Of a stretch of DNA of 64,000 bases, positions 25,526-37,214 are shown piece by piece. Below the pieces are notes generated by a model. It made no database searches. It had not been told where the DNA came from and saw nothing but the letters and a program-made list of their open reading frames with translations. The stretch lies in the NCBI GenBank assembly GCA_965655095.1, contig OZ296653.1, forward strand, positions 35,774,001 to 35,838,000. Reading direction: 5' to 3'. The stretch comes from Haplodiscus bocki. Its lineage: Eukaryota. Numbering within the stretch: the stretch's first letter is position 1; every line of letters starts with the position of its first letter. The translations under genes and the position numbers were made by a program.

Positions 25526-27901
25526 AAGTCGTTTCTTGAATTTTGAACTTGACCCTCGTGCAGATGCTTTGATATTGGTTGAGCAATTTTGACAAAAAAA
25601 CATGGCACAGTCCCAATCTTCCATCTGACTCATCTTGTGAGGTAACTCCAAAAGAGTGTGGTACATGTGCTGATTTTGCATAGAACACATCTGCCACAAA
25701 CGAAATGGCAACTCAGAGTTAGGCTAAAGTCGAGTCGAGGTTTCCTTGTGGAAGACTGCACATTCTTTCCTTCACGGTACAAAATTTGAGATGTTGGCAA
25801 AGAACTTTTCAAACTAAGCGTTATAGGATCCACTGGCTGCCTTTTCGAAAGTTTGCAGCGCCCATTTTTGCCCTCTGAAGTGAACTACCTTTTGATACTT
25901 TGGAAACCATTTCAGTTTAGATAGTGCCGGTGACTTAATCACTGCACAGAATCTAAATGCCTCTCTTCTCTAAGTATTGGAAGACAGAAAACGAACGGGA
26001 AGTGTAGAGTGTTCATTGTTCCAATTGAGCCTTGAATTTTTGCTAACTGAAGTATTCAGACAGAATTTTCACGCATAATATCAATTTGCAGCGTTTTAAA
26101 TGGAGCTTGCATTTTTAGGGTTCTCGATTTATGGTTTCTGAAAATCGAGTCTCTAATTTTTGTTGCTCAAGTTGCTATCCAGCATCAATAATTTCAGATC
26201 TGCTCTAAAAATTGATGAACTTTGATGTGGAAGATTGGAGGTGAAGTCAGAAGCAAGCGACATATTGAAATTTGAAAACTGAATTGCTGATGACGACTCT
26301 TCCGAAGCCTTTTCAGTACTTTGTTTCGACACATCAATATTTTCAAGTATCGAACTGGCATTTGTGGATCCTTCAGTCAAATTGAAAAATTGATTAGTTT
26401 AATGTGTAACTTGAAACAGCGTGGGCAATTGCTTCGATACTCAAACAGCGCTTTTTCTTGAATTCACACAAATCAAGTGAGTTTTATTAGTATCGTACAT
26501 TTGAGCTTCACCAAAAAATCCCCCGATAGAAGCAAAACAGCAGCTTGCTTCTGTGACAATAGTCTTCAATACTAGTTTGACGCAGCTATTTCTTACACAA
26601 GAAGAGCATTGGGATACAAGAGCTAAATTCCTAGAAAACCGCTATTTGGACATTGACTGTTCATAACTGCTGGAAAACAATGCTACCTGGACGAAAGTTT
26701 TGTCCACAATAGGTTGTTTTTTGTAAACTGATTGAAAAATATCTGCTACACTTCTTCCCACTTTTAATGTACTTTGGTGAATTGGAAAAAACATTGCATT
26801 TTTCAACAATCATTTTGCTTATTGGCCTTGAGCGTTTCCCTGAAATTCCACAGAAGATCCCTTTTTTGCTCCCAAAGGCTATTTTACCAAATCTTTTGTT
26901 GCAGGTCTATCACAACTATTTTGAAATGACTTTGCAAAACAAGGCAAATTCAGACTGACTTCTGCTTTTCCTTTTTTGTAATAGCGTTTAATTGCTGCCA
27001 ATTGACATTCGGGATTTCCGAAGCCAAAACAATACAAGTTATAATGAGCTCGGATTTTAATCGTTTTCCAGTTTTTAGACTCGCCTTCAAACGTTTAATA
27101 GAGTTCGGGTTGCAAGGGCAACCTTTTGTTGTGAGTTTATGGAAGAGTGGTTTTTTCAAAGTCTTTTGGTTTGAGGGTTTGTGACAATAACGTTCAATTG
27201 TTTTTCCAATAAACTTTTCGGATAACCCACACTTTTTCAAAAAACGGTTAATTTGGTCGGGTCATTTTTTTTCAGTTCAACTTTTTCAGCTTTTTTGGGT
27301 TTTGGACATTGTCAAACTGCCATTTAATTTTTTTGCAGAATGATTTTGGAATCGCCCACCTTTATGCGTCAAAATGTTAAACCGAGTTGAGAGATCAATA
27401 ATTGTCTCTTCTGATGCGAGTTTGCTGAACCATGGCTCTCCAGAATAACTTGTGGTTGAAAACATTATAAAAAAATTTTTCAAGTGCTGCCCATCGCAGT
27501 TTTGGACTCGTTGACTTTTGTTTTATTTCAGGCTCATTTTTATGTATGGAAGGAAAATCATTCACTCAAATCTGAAATTGAACATTTTTTAAGTTTTGCC
27601 AATTGATAATATCCAACTTGACGCTAGTGTCCGGTATCGAGTTTGAAAATTTTTCATCCGTAGAGTGCGACTGAAATAAAGAGATTTCTCAAACTACACA
27701 ATTTGGGTTTTAGAAAATTCTTTGTTTTTTCTCTTAAAGTTATATAATTGCCGTACACGTAGTTGCTTTTTTCAAATAATGGATAGCTGGCAAACAGATG
27801 TCAAAATTTTTCAAAAGAAAGTTTGTAGATCTGTCAAATCTACAGAGACAAATTGCATTGTCAGCAAGTTTTGACAATTGGTTATCTTACTGTTTACTTA
27901 G
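25526..27901 (-). repeat. Right arm of large inverted duplication
   Basis: See left arm; spacer 24083-25525 is about 1.44 kb. Confidence 0.95.
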
Positions 27902-28018
27902 TGTTGTAAGACTTTATTTCGATTTTTTTCAAGGTACAAAAACAGTTCAACTAAATCAAAAATGGACAGTTCAACTCAAATTAATGGGTAATGCCACTAA
28001 TTCTTTCTCTCAGGAGCT

Positions 28019-31000
28019 TTAAGACATATAGAACACTTCTTCCAGAGACTCCTGGGCGTAGTCTCGGAGGGTCCCAGTCACGCATGATAAGTTAAACTGT
28101 TGCACGGCCACTGACACGCGTTGATGAAAAAAAACTTTGGAGCGGGCTTCTCTGGTGTTGTCAATGAATTTCTTTGTCAGGCAAGTGAAAAAAAACTGTT
28201 TGAGTTCCGTATTTCCGTGGACGTCGATGGCGATTGGTTAGAGAAAATATCCCCGCTCCTCGATATTTTCATATTTCAAGGTTTTTCGGGTGTCAGCCTC
28301 GGTTGAAAAGCTTCCCTGCTGTTGCGCTCTGCTCCGGCAAGGGAATCCACGAAAGTCACGTCCCGTACCAGCGGCATTCCTCGCTGACAAGGGATGGCCG
28401 TCACACCATCGGGTCGTTTGCCATCTGTCCTTGACAACCCCGCTGGCTCTAAAACAGAGGGCACCACAACCGAAGCTAACGATCGTCTAATAAAATCATT
28501 GAAAAAAGCATGTCGGGCAAACCGTCCCGCGCTCATCTTGCAAGCGAGCCCATAAGTACAGTACTCGTCGACCTTTTGGCTACAGCAAAATTTATGTGCT
28601 GCGCAAATTTTGGCACCCAGTCGCAAAATCACGGCGCAACGAAGTTGGCTCTCGGTAAGTTTGAGGCAACGGGGGGACATTGGGATGGCAAAAAGCCAGG
28701 CTCCAGCGTATCTACCTTGGGTATGGGAAAAAAGTTTAGACTGGGTTTGGTCTCGGGATTGTTCAATGTCTATTTGTAGCTTGTCAAGTACAGGGGTGGA
28801 CCAAGTTTTCTGGGCTTCTCTTTTTGCTACTGGCATGGCGTCCACAGCTGAGAGCTCGTACCAGGCGGTTAGCGCGGACTCAAAATCTCTGTCACTGCCA
28901 GGGTTCAAATTCAGGTTTTGTGAAAAAGGCTCACAGCCCACCGCAGAGGCCAAAAAGGCAGAAGGTGCAGTGAGGACAGCTGATGGGATACCCATAACAC
29001 CTAATTTCACAGGCAGGAAGACTTGTTTGTCGCGGGACTCGCTCAGACTGACGTTGCAGATAGATTCAAGGGATGCACGTAGGTAATTGTCAATGCGTTG
29101 TAGTTTTTCACAAAGTTTGAAACATGGGGAAGTGCGAAGGAAATATAACAGCCTAGGCATATGAAAGCAATTCCTAATTATAAACCAGGCATAGTGGCTT
29201 CGATCCTTTGGAGCTTTTGGGAGAAGGCTTGAAAAACCGGGGTCTTTTCTTCCACAGTGGACTCTAAGGCCACGCTACCGATTGGGGCTCCTAGTACAAC
29301 CAGGTCCTCGAGCTCTGTCACCTGTACACCGGGGCAAACCTCGGAGAACTTGGATAGGATACTTTGTTTTTGTTCGCTCGACGGGCATCCTAGAAAAACC
29401 AGTTCACATTTATGTGGGTAGACTTCCAGTCCCATAGCCAAAAAAGGGCTTCTCAGAGTAGTATAATCGTTCAGCACGTCCTCGAGGGTGTCTGCCAAGT
29501 TTCCGTCATCCATGTACTAGAAGTTAAGCTTACTGCAAAGGCTCCTGATGGTGTCATTGATTGTGTCAGAGAATAGAAGGGGTCCGTCCGGATCAGATTG
29601 CTGAGCACCCTCCTCCGATAAGATGATTTTGTCTCTGTAGAACAAGAAGGAGGGTTTGGCATAAGCTGCTTCAGTGTAGTTGTAGATAAGGGGTTTTTTA
29701 GCGAAGACAGTCGCTAGAAGTGCATCTAGCAAAATACTATTGAAGGCGTTTTTCATATCAATTTTGAGCAATATCTGCTCCGGGCTATGCTCTTGTCTGA
29801 CGTATAATCGAGTGGCGTGTGCTGCGGCGTCGGCACCTCGCTGCGTACCGTAGCCGAGTTGCACATTGCCATATTCCACGCACCGATTTGACTTCGCAAT
29901 TGTGCCGGCGCACTTCGCTGAGAGGCGTCTCAGAGTGTTTCCCACTGCAATCGGTCTGATACCACCTCCCTTCTTTCCTAGGGCTATGAGACTTGCACCA
30001 AAGAATATAGGTCGTATGAGTGGTGGGGATTGCCCGAGAGAACCAGATTGACGAATTCTGTTAGTTTCTCCAGCAACCGGATACCAGCATCTCCATTAGA
30101 AGGCGAAATTAGATCTTTCAGTATCTGTGGGCACATACCTGTTGGACCACCTGCAGAACCAGCTGGAAAGGATAAAATTGCTGTTTTTACTACATTCGCG
30201 GTCACGGTACCTGATGTACTGATTGGGCTTTTCGGCGTAAGGGGCGTTGTTCGTCGTGGGTGTTTCTCGGCTAGTTGTTGCAGGTTTTCCGCTGTGTCTG
30301 GAGCAATGCTGTCGTCTCAGCACACTGCCCGTACTGCTCCTTTGACATCGCCGGCCTCCATCTTTCTGCTAACCCGGTAAATCAGGGATGACTCGCGTTT
30401 TCTGGCCGGGCGGCTTGGAACATTTTCAGATCTTCTGGTAAGGCCCTCCGAGGAACTGAAATCTGTTATTTGCATCTTCACGTGCGCCGTGAGGTTATAT
30501 TTCTTTCCTCCACGAGTCGGCTGCTTGAGACACTGCTTCGGAATGGTCAGAAGGGGCAGCCAATTGTTTTCATCTGTCGGGTCTCGCAGTAGTTCTGTAA
30601 GTAACTTTTGGAAAAATTCTGCTAAAGACAGTCGTGCTCCTTTAGGCACTCTGTTCAGGGTAGGGGTTCGTTTCTTGAAAAAATTAGTTACGTCGTTAGG
30701 GACTTCCTGGTTCTCATTATCCGGATTGAAGTTTTTTGACGATTCCGTGGTGATTCGGAGGTTCTCTATAGCCTGCGTAAGGCCAGTGCTACTGCCAAGT
30801 GAACACTGCCGAAGCTCTGGAATATGGACGGCGCGTGAGAAACCTCCACATCTTATGGGGAACCATGTCCGGCATTCTGAACATTGGATTCCTGCAATGT
30901 GGTTGGTTACAAGGCGATTACAACTTGGAGCGCCGCATGGTTCACTATCGGTTTGTGTTCTTGGTCGTCTTCGTGGGGGCATCAGGTTACTCCGTAACAT

Positions 31001-31130
31001 GATCTTTTCAATATGTTCATCACAACAATTAGGCTTAGTTGACAAAATCCAGCTTTCTCGGATTTGTACTTTGAACTCTTTAACTTCGGAGTGCAACAAT
31101 TGCAAAGGAGTCAAAACACCACAAACCCAC
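28019..31130 (-). mobile_element. Degenerate CRE-clade (RT + restriction-like endonuclease) non-LTR retrotransposon
   Basis: Consecutive frameshifted minus-strand ORFs give SFPAGSAGGPTG, LRRLSAKC, QLGYG..GADAAAH, LLKIDMKNAFNSI, GAQQSDPDGPLLF, YMDDG, VLGAPIG, PRLLYFLRTSP, LPVKLGVMG, AGAWLFAIP, a CCHC-like RFARH region, RLE motif RPDG..DVT and a C-terminus RVSVAVQQFNLSCVTGT..* (stop 28019-28021). Confidence 0.92.
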
Positions 31131-33878
31131 GTTATTATACTACTGTTGAGCTACGCAGGATAGCGTAGGCGACTTCGGCTGGTAAATATTTGATGGCGTC
31201 AGCTTGTGGTTTCCATCTTTCCCCATCCATGTTTTGCGCATAGCAAAACTTTATAAGCGGCGCAGCTTCACCAGTTTAGGAGAGAATAATGGAACCCAGC
31301 TGTTTTGCTTAACATTTAGTGTGTGTTGCGGTTTTTGAAGTTTGTTTCGAGTTTTGTGCTGTTTTTAGGGAACTGATAACGTATTTGACGTTTTAAAGGG
31401 ATGTATTTTTTGATATCAAAGGAGCATCGTGTGAAACTGTGGCCCAAACGGCTTTTGCTTCAATGTTTTGCAAAGCTTCATCCTCTGTTGTATTTGACTG
31501 GTTATCAAAATTTCCGATTTGCAGTGGTTTAAAAGATGTTCGAATCCAACATCATGGCGCATATCTTCTCTCAAAAATTCAGAACCGTCCCTACTTTCAT
31601 TTGGGTGTATGTGTGAATAGCCACGTTATAGAAAATGGATTTGCCGGACAAATGTGAAATTTCGGTCACATGGAAAAATTATTTGCAAGTTTTGGGTCAA
31701 TTTTATATCTCAGGTAAAATCCATGTCAATTTTTCATTTTTCAAGTTGAAGCCTTGTTTTTTCATTGAAAGGATGTTCAGCTAATTTGAGGCACCCTTTT
31801 TTGCCGCCAGATTCATAATATAGCAATCCTCAAGGGTCAGTTTTTGCTGAAGTTGGTGTTTTTTGACTCCCTATGTTGGTTTCGGTATCTCTAGACAACC
31901 ATTTTTTTTGCGGCAACGAAAGAAGCTCTCGAACCTTCTTCTTTCTGTTGGCTCAGCTGAAGGCTCTGGAGTGAATTTTCCATAATACTTTAATCATTTT
32001 CGTCAAAAAAATAGGCCTTGTTCAATGTTGTTCTGTACTCGAAGCACGGCATTTCAAGGACACTTTTTGTCAGATACGGGTATACTTTTTGTTTTTGCTT
32101 TCAGCTACAGTTTCCAGCCTGTTTTGTACTCGACTGTTCCTTCTCCAGATTTTCGCTCAAAAGATCTTTAGATTCCAATGAGCGAGTCTAGGACCCTGGG
32201 TTCATCTGTGAACTTGATAGCTGACAAACGGAATTTTGATCTGGCTATCGAAGGCGCAAGTTTTCTGACAATGAGATGGCGTCTTATGGCTTCTGCTATT
32301 CCACCTAGAAATTCCCCTTCCATAACTTTGTCGAGGACTTTCCTGTGAAATCGTGACCTTGATCGATCATCAACGTACCATCGTTGCATGAATTGTTAGT
32401 TTTGATTTTTTTAGTTAGTGGAAGAACGCGGATGCCATTTGATGCCATAGCGAAGTGGTGGTATTGCGTTATGCCCTGCTTTATCAGCAGTTTTTTCTTT
32501 GTTAAACATATGGGTTTGAGTAGGAGTTTTCTCTTGCGTGATATATTGCAGATCAAAGATTCATAATTTTCCATTGGAATTCCGTGGTCTAATGATTTCA
32601 AAGAGGTGTTCGCTTGCAAGAGGAGAATTGCTCCACAACCGTTCTCTTCAAAATTTCCGCGAACTGTGGGGGTGGCAAATCTGCTTCAGCACGTTTGTTC
32701 TAGGATGAGTTTCTGTTTCGATCCGAATTCTCAAAGTTTTAATGATTACGCTTGCTGATTGAGCGGCTGTTTTGAGTTGCTAGTACTTCTATGCATATTG
32801 GATAGACACCTGGTTTTTTTGTCTGGTGGCCATAACCTGCAACCGGAGGCCCGGCGTTTGGCAGTCAAGAAATTAAAAAGAAATTACTGAAAATGAGACA
32901 AAAAGCAGAAAAAATTGAAAATGAATGAATGCTTCAATTTGATTGATCGTTGCTAATACTCGGAAAATCTCTTGGCTTGCAGAGACTAGATATACTCGCA
33001 TTGTTTGTTCTGCTTTTTGGTAGGTCTTATTGCGTTGTCTACCTAAGGCACTGCCTCCCCTGCAACCATTGTATTCATCGAGTTGTTCTGTTGCATTCAC
33101 TAGGTCTGGTAGCTATCCGCCGAGCAACCTTGGCAATTGTGTTTGATATATCGCTGGAATCGTCTTTGAAACAAGTTTTACGTTCGTGCTGGGTACATAG
33201 TAACCAACCGTGGACGTTGTTTAGTCAATTCGTTACAACGGTATGTTTGAATTACTCCCGAGTTTTCCGTTTTTCAAACTGACGGATGATGTTGGTCATT
33301 TGACCGATGTCGATCCTCATTTGGCCTTAGATGCATAGCATCTGTAGAACGCTGAAAATGTCAACTAATAATTTTAAATGAATTGAAGGTTTCATTCGCT
33401 TCAACTGAAATGGGCAGGCCTTTTACGTTGCTTCGATATTATGTTATCACTGTTGGGTCATAGTTATTTGTATAACAGAATTATCTCTTCCAAATTTTTC
33501 GGAAGTTTAGCCTTCGCAGTTTTCGTGTGGCACTCTGAACCGGCATTGACGGGTCCAGCACGCGTTATTTTGAAAAAAGTGGTATTTTCTAGTAATTAGC
33601 AAAAATGATTTCTATTTTAGTTATTCTGGCTTCCTGATTATGTTTTAATTACGGCCACCAATTTAATTGCCAAATTATGAAGAATTTTAATTGCCAAACT
33701 TAAAAAAGCTCAATTTACAGGATCAGAGCAAATTTCGTCCATCAAAAGTTCTAAAGCTCGTTGAGATTATTTCCAGATAGCTAATTCGTTAATGGTATCC
33801 CATGAGTCGATAACACTGGCTCAATCTTTGAAAAGCTGTGATGATTACGAAAAGGAGATCGGCCAGATATGAATTACA

Positions 33879-36800
33879 ATGCCCCAGTCTTCGGATAGAA
33901 ACAAAAAGGGTGACTCGTCATGTAACGACCTTGATCCCTTCCCTAACAGCTCTACTCAAACACTGGTTAAACACGAAGCTGCTCGGGAGCAGTCAAGCTT
34001 TCATAATGGCGTTATTGAGGTTATGGGGAGCATTGTAAAACCAACGATATCCATAGAGTGTAATCATATTGTGCAGAATATCGGTGTGCAGTATGTAAAC
34101 ATGGACTCACAAAACAGCGGTACCTTCGGCCAAGTTCATGAGCGACTGGCAAATAAATCGCATGGAAGCTTTGTTAGAGCTCCTATAATTAACTTCAGTG
34201 CTCGATCGTCGTGTGGCATTAGTCATTCTCAGAACACTTCAACCTCAAATGTTAATCCCTTGCGAGAAACGACTTCAACTTCTTATCGGAGCAAATCCCC
34301 CTTCCAGAGAACCGAACCAAAAAGTATTCCTCAATTGCATACCTGCAATGCGTGTCTAAAACAATTTTTTACTCGAGAAGCTGCTGAAAAGCATGTGCTC
34401 GATGTCCATTTGAAGGTTAGCACAATTGCTCTCTCACCATTGGAGAAGCTGAAAAGTCCGCCCAGAAGTTGTAGTCAAAATGTTAATCAAATCAATACAC
34501 TCCAAAATAAAGCTCCAGAGAAAAATGACACCGGTCCATTTAAATTGAACGTTGCCAGAAAATCCGTGAAAAGCTACACTGAACGTTCGGAAACAAATAA
34601 TCGAGTCGCTAAGCCAAAATTTCTCAATCCTGTTAATGTAACTTCTAAAGCGAAAACTCCATCAACTTTACGTAAAGAGAAGGATCGGGGCAAATCGACT
34701 GAAAATGAACACAAACGCAAGAATCAGCAAGAAGATGGGTCGAAAGTTATTGGAAAGACGTTTGGGCTTTTAAACATGAACTCAATTAGTGAAAAGAAAA
34801 CTGAGAGATGTAACAGAATAAAGGTTATCGTTCGTTCCCCAGCTGAGCAAAGTTGCGTCATAACTCTTGATGATGATCTTCCGAGAGCCTCCAAGAAATT
34901 GAAGTTACAATACGAGTCACAAAAAGAAAAAGTTGAGCAACAAGAGTGTGATTCAGGAGTAGTGCTGTCTTCAGAAGTTATGGAGAAAATGGATCAAGAT
35001 GGCGGTAAAGAAAAAGAAGATAATTTACAAGTGACTGAACCTGATAATGTTGAAGACTCAAGAAATCAGCGAGAGGAAACTGATATCGGAAGGCCCGGTA
35101 ATGGAATTCCAGAGCAAAGTGAAGTTGGACCTCTATTTGAGACACTCGATCAAGTAACTGTAATCAGTGAAACTAATTCATATAGTCCTGAGAAATTTGG
35201 ATGCAATTTAACAACTGACTGCTCAACTGAGGAAGATTCACAAGAAGAGGAAAACTTATCTGTACTCTCGACAGCTGAACATCGTGAAAATGAACTATTT
35301 GAACGTAAAAGTGGCGCCAACAAGTTTGATCTTCCGCAAAGGAAACAAATTTTGTCTGAAAATGTGGAAGAAGCCATAGAAAATGAGAGAAAGTCTGATG
35401 CAGTAAATGAAATGGAAGTTCCCGGTAACAAGAATGTCGATATCAAAGGAGTGAGATCAAGTGAAACGGAAAACATAGAAGATAGTACTAACGTGGCTTG
35501 TGAAACCAGTCTACCGGCCCAAGAAGTTTCCGAAGAGAACACAAGAAAGGCAAGACACGAAAGAAGTTCTTCGGCGGAAAATGAGCGAAATCAGATTGCT
35601 CCAAAAAGTGTAAACGGTCTTGAGAAATCCAGTATGGATACCAGTTCCTCGGTGACGTGTGATATCTGCGGTACAGTGCTAGCTTCAAATTTGCAATATT
35701 TAGATCATTTCCAAAGACTGCATTTCGATAAAATTTCTCGAACAATGCCAGATCGTGGACAGAAACCTCAGTACAGGAAATTGGTTTGCAATAGATGCAA
35801 CAAAAAGTTCAAGAAACTTAGTGGGCTTACGTCGCACATGAAAACGTGCAGTGGTGTTGAGAAAGGAAAAGCCAGTTCGAACGCTAAATCAAGAGGAAAG
35901 GTGTGTACCAAAAATAATGAAGCCGCCAGGTTTGCTCTTAAACTGAAGTATGAATTAGTTAGGTTTAAACGTCACTTTCCGCCCAGAAAGTTTTCAGGAT
36001 GTGCGAAATTTGATCCTGAAAGTGTCAGAAGTGTTGTGGAAATGAGTAGATCAGTGTGTAGTAGCTGTGACTTAACATTTTCCAACATTTCCGGATTGGT
36101 AGAACATGTCATTGAACGAAACCCTGGCTGCACTTTAACATTAAGTCCCGTTTTTAAAGTTGACAAATTTATTTCGGTGTGCAGAAGAAAACAAGGGGCG
36201 GTTCATTCTTTTACTGACAACGCGCCTTCGATTGAAATGTCGGGCAAACCTGCTATCAAACTCATGAAGGAGTTGGAAGCTACATCGAAAAAATTAACTA
36301 TTCTCTTACTTGATGGTGAAACTGGCTTTGAAGAAGGTTTTAGTCAACTAGTTTGTCTTATCCGTCGGAATGCCTCATACCTACTTGAAAACTGGGATAA
36401 ATTTGTGAACCAAAAATTTGCTGATCGAGTCCGATTTTGTTATCATTTATCCAGCATTGCCATTTACTCGCAACCCATTTTGATGAATTTCGAAGCGAAG
36501 ACTCCCAATTGGATAACCGCCCGATCGCTCGCCAAGTTTTTAATTCAAATCACCAATGCAGTTATATTGAAATGGGATCACTTATTGAACTCGCAAGCAA
36601 AGGTGAAGCAACCCGGAGACGCAATCAACGCATTTTTCTCCAATGTAGTCTGGGAACATAGCCATGTTAGGAAGAAAATTCAAAATTTCGAAGATTTTAT
36701 TTGTCGTGACCAAATGTTAGCGAATTCGACAGTTGACGCGTTTGATGAAGTCGATGAAGAATTAATAGGAAATTGCTTTGAAATGTTTCCATCAAGTGGC

Positions 36801-36926
36801 TCGAGATGCGAAATTACAATTCCAACTGATGAGTTTAGCTCTGAGGAATCTGTCCTCACAGACACTTTCCTTGTAGAAAATGTGATTGAACGGGAACTAT
36901 GTAGTAGTAGTTGTAGTCAATCTTAG
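33879..36926 (+). CDS. Single-exon 1015-aa protein with four dispersed C2H2/C2HC-type zinc fingers, a long acidic low-complexity middle and an unassigned C-terminal region
   Basis: Uninterrupted 3 kb ORF in otherwise decayed DNA; motifs CNAC..HVLDVH, CDIC..HFQRLH, CNRC..HMKTC, CSSC..HVIERNPGC; AATAAA at 37209. Confidence 0.85.
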   Translation: MPQSSDRNKKGDSSCNDLDPFPNSSTQTLVKHEAAREQSSFHNGVIEVMGSIVKPTISIECNHIVQNIGVQYVNMDSQNSGTFGQVHERLANKSHGSFVRAPIINFSARSSCGISHSQNTSTSNVNPLRETTSTSYRSKSPFQRTEPKSIPQLHTCNACLKQFFTREAAEKHVLDVHLKVSTIALSPLEKLKSPPRSCSQNVNQINTLQNKAPEKNDTGPFKLNVARKSVKSYTERSETNNRVAKPKFLNPVNVTSKAKTPSTLRKEKDRGKSTENEHKRKNQQEDGSKVIGKTFGLLNMNSISEKKTERCNRIKVIVRSPAEQSCVITLDDDLPRASKKLKLQYESQKEKVEQQECDSGVVLSSEVMEKMDQDGGKEKEDNLQVTEPDNVEDSRNQREETDIGRPGNGIPEQSEVGPLFETLDQVTVISETNSYSPEKFGCNLTTDCSTEEDSQEEENLSVLSTAEHRENELFERKSGANKFDLPQRKQILSENVEEAIENERKSDAVNEMEVPGNKNVDIKGVRSSETENIEDSTNVACETSLPAQEVSEENTRKARHERSSSAENERNQIAPKSVNGLEKSSMDTSSSVTCDICGTVLASNLQYLDHFQRLHFDKISRTMPDRGQKPQYRKLVCNRCNKKFKKLSGLTSHMKTCSGVEKGKASSNAKSRGKVCTKNNEAARFALKLKYELVRFKRHFPPRKFSGCAKFDPESVRSVVEMSRSVCSSCDLTFSNISGLVEHVIERNPGCTLTLSPVFKVDKFISVCRRKQGAVHSFTDNAPSIEMSGKPAIKLMKELEATSKKLTILLLDGETGFEEGFSQLVCLIRRNASYLLENWDKFVNQKFADRVRFCYHLSSIAIYSQPILMNFEAKTPNWITARSLAKFLIQITNAVILKWDHLLNSQAKVKQPGDAINAFFSNVVWEHSHVRKKIQNFEDFICRDQMLANSTVDAFDEVDEELIGNCFEMFPSSGSRCEITIPTDEFSSEESVLTDTFLVENVIERELCSSSCSQS

Positions 36927-37208
36927 CTATTACTTGAAACTGTCTCAATTGTGCTTCAATGGTAGTCTATAATAGTTTATACATGGGATGTAAATTTCGT
37001 AAATTTAACGGAAAGGTTTTTTCTGTCATTCGACCGATCGTGGTGTTGATTGTTTCATGGAATTCGTTTTTGTAGACGCTCTAAGACGTATCAAATATCT
37101 TGAGAATTTAGATGAACTCGCGTTAAATGAAATCACGCCTGATAGTGCTAACACTTGCTTACAATTGCCTCTTACTTACAAATCTCGTATTTCGGTTTCT
37201 TATTATAG

Positions 37209-37214
37209 AATAAA
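37209..37214 (+). promoter_or_regulatory. Candidate polyadenylation signal of the zinc-finger gene
   Basis: AATAAA about 280 bp after the stop, followed by T/GT-rich sequence. Confidence 0.4.

Noticed and set aside
25400-25700. Helitron helicase C-terminus-like peptide (RVKFKIQ..LAINVDEARG)
   Set aside because: Lacks the diagnostic FAMTINKSQGQ and YVALSR motifs.
28234-31163. Plus-strand ORFs of 116-224 aa (28610-29086, 30030-30380, 30489-31163)
   Set aside because: Antisense shadows of the CRE ORF.
35150-36865. Minus-strand and alternate-frame ORFs within the zinc-finger gene
   Set aside because: Shadow ORFs with no independent motifs.
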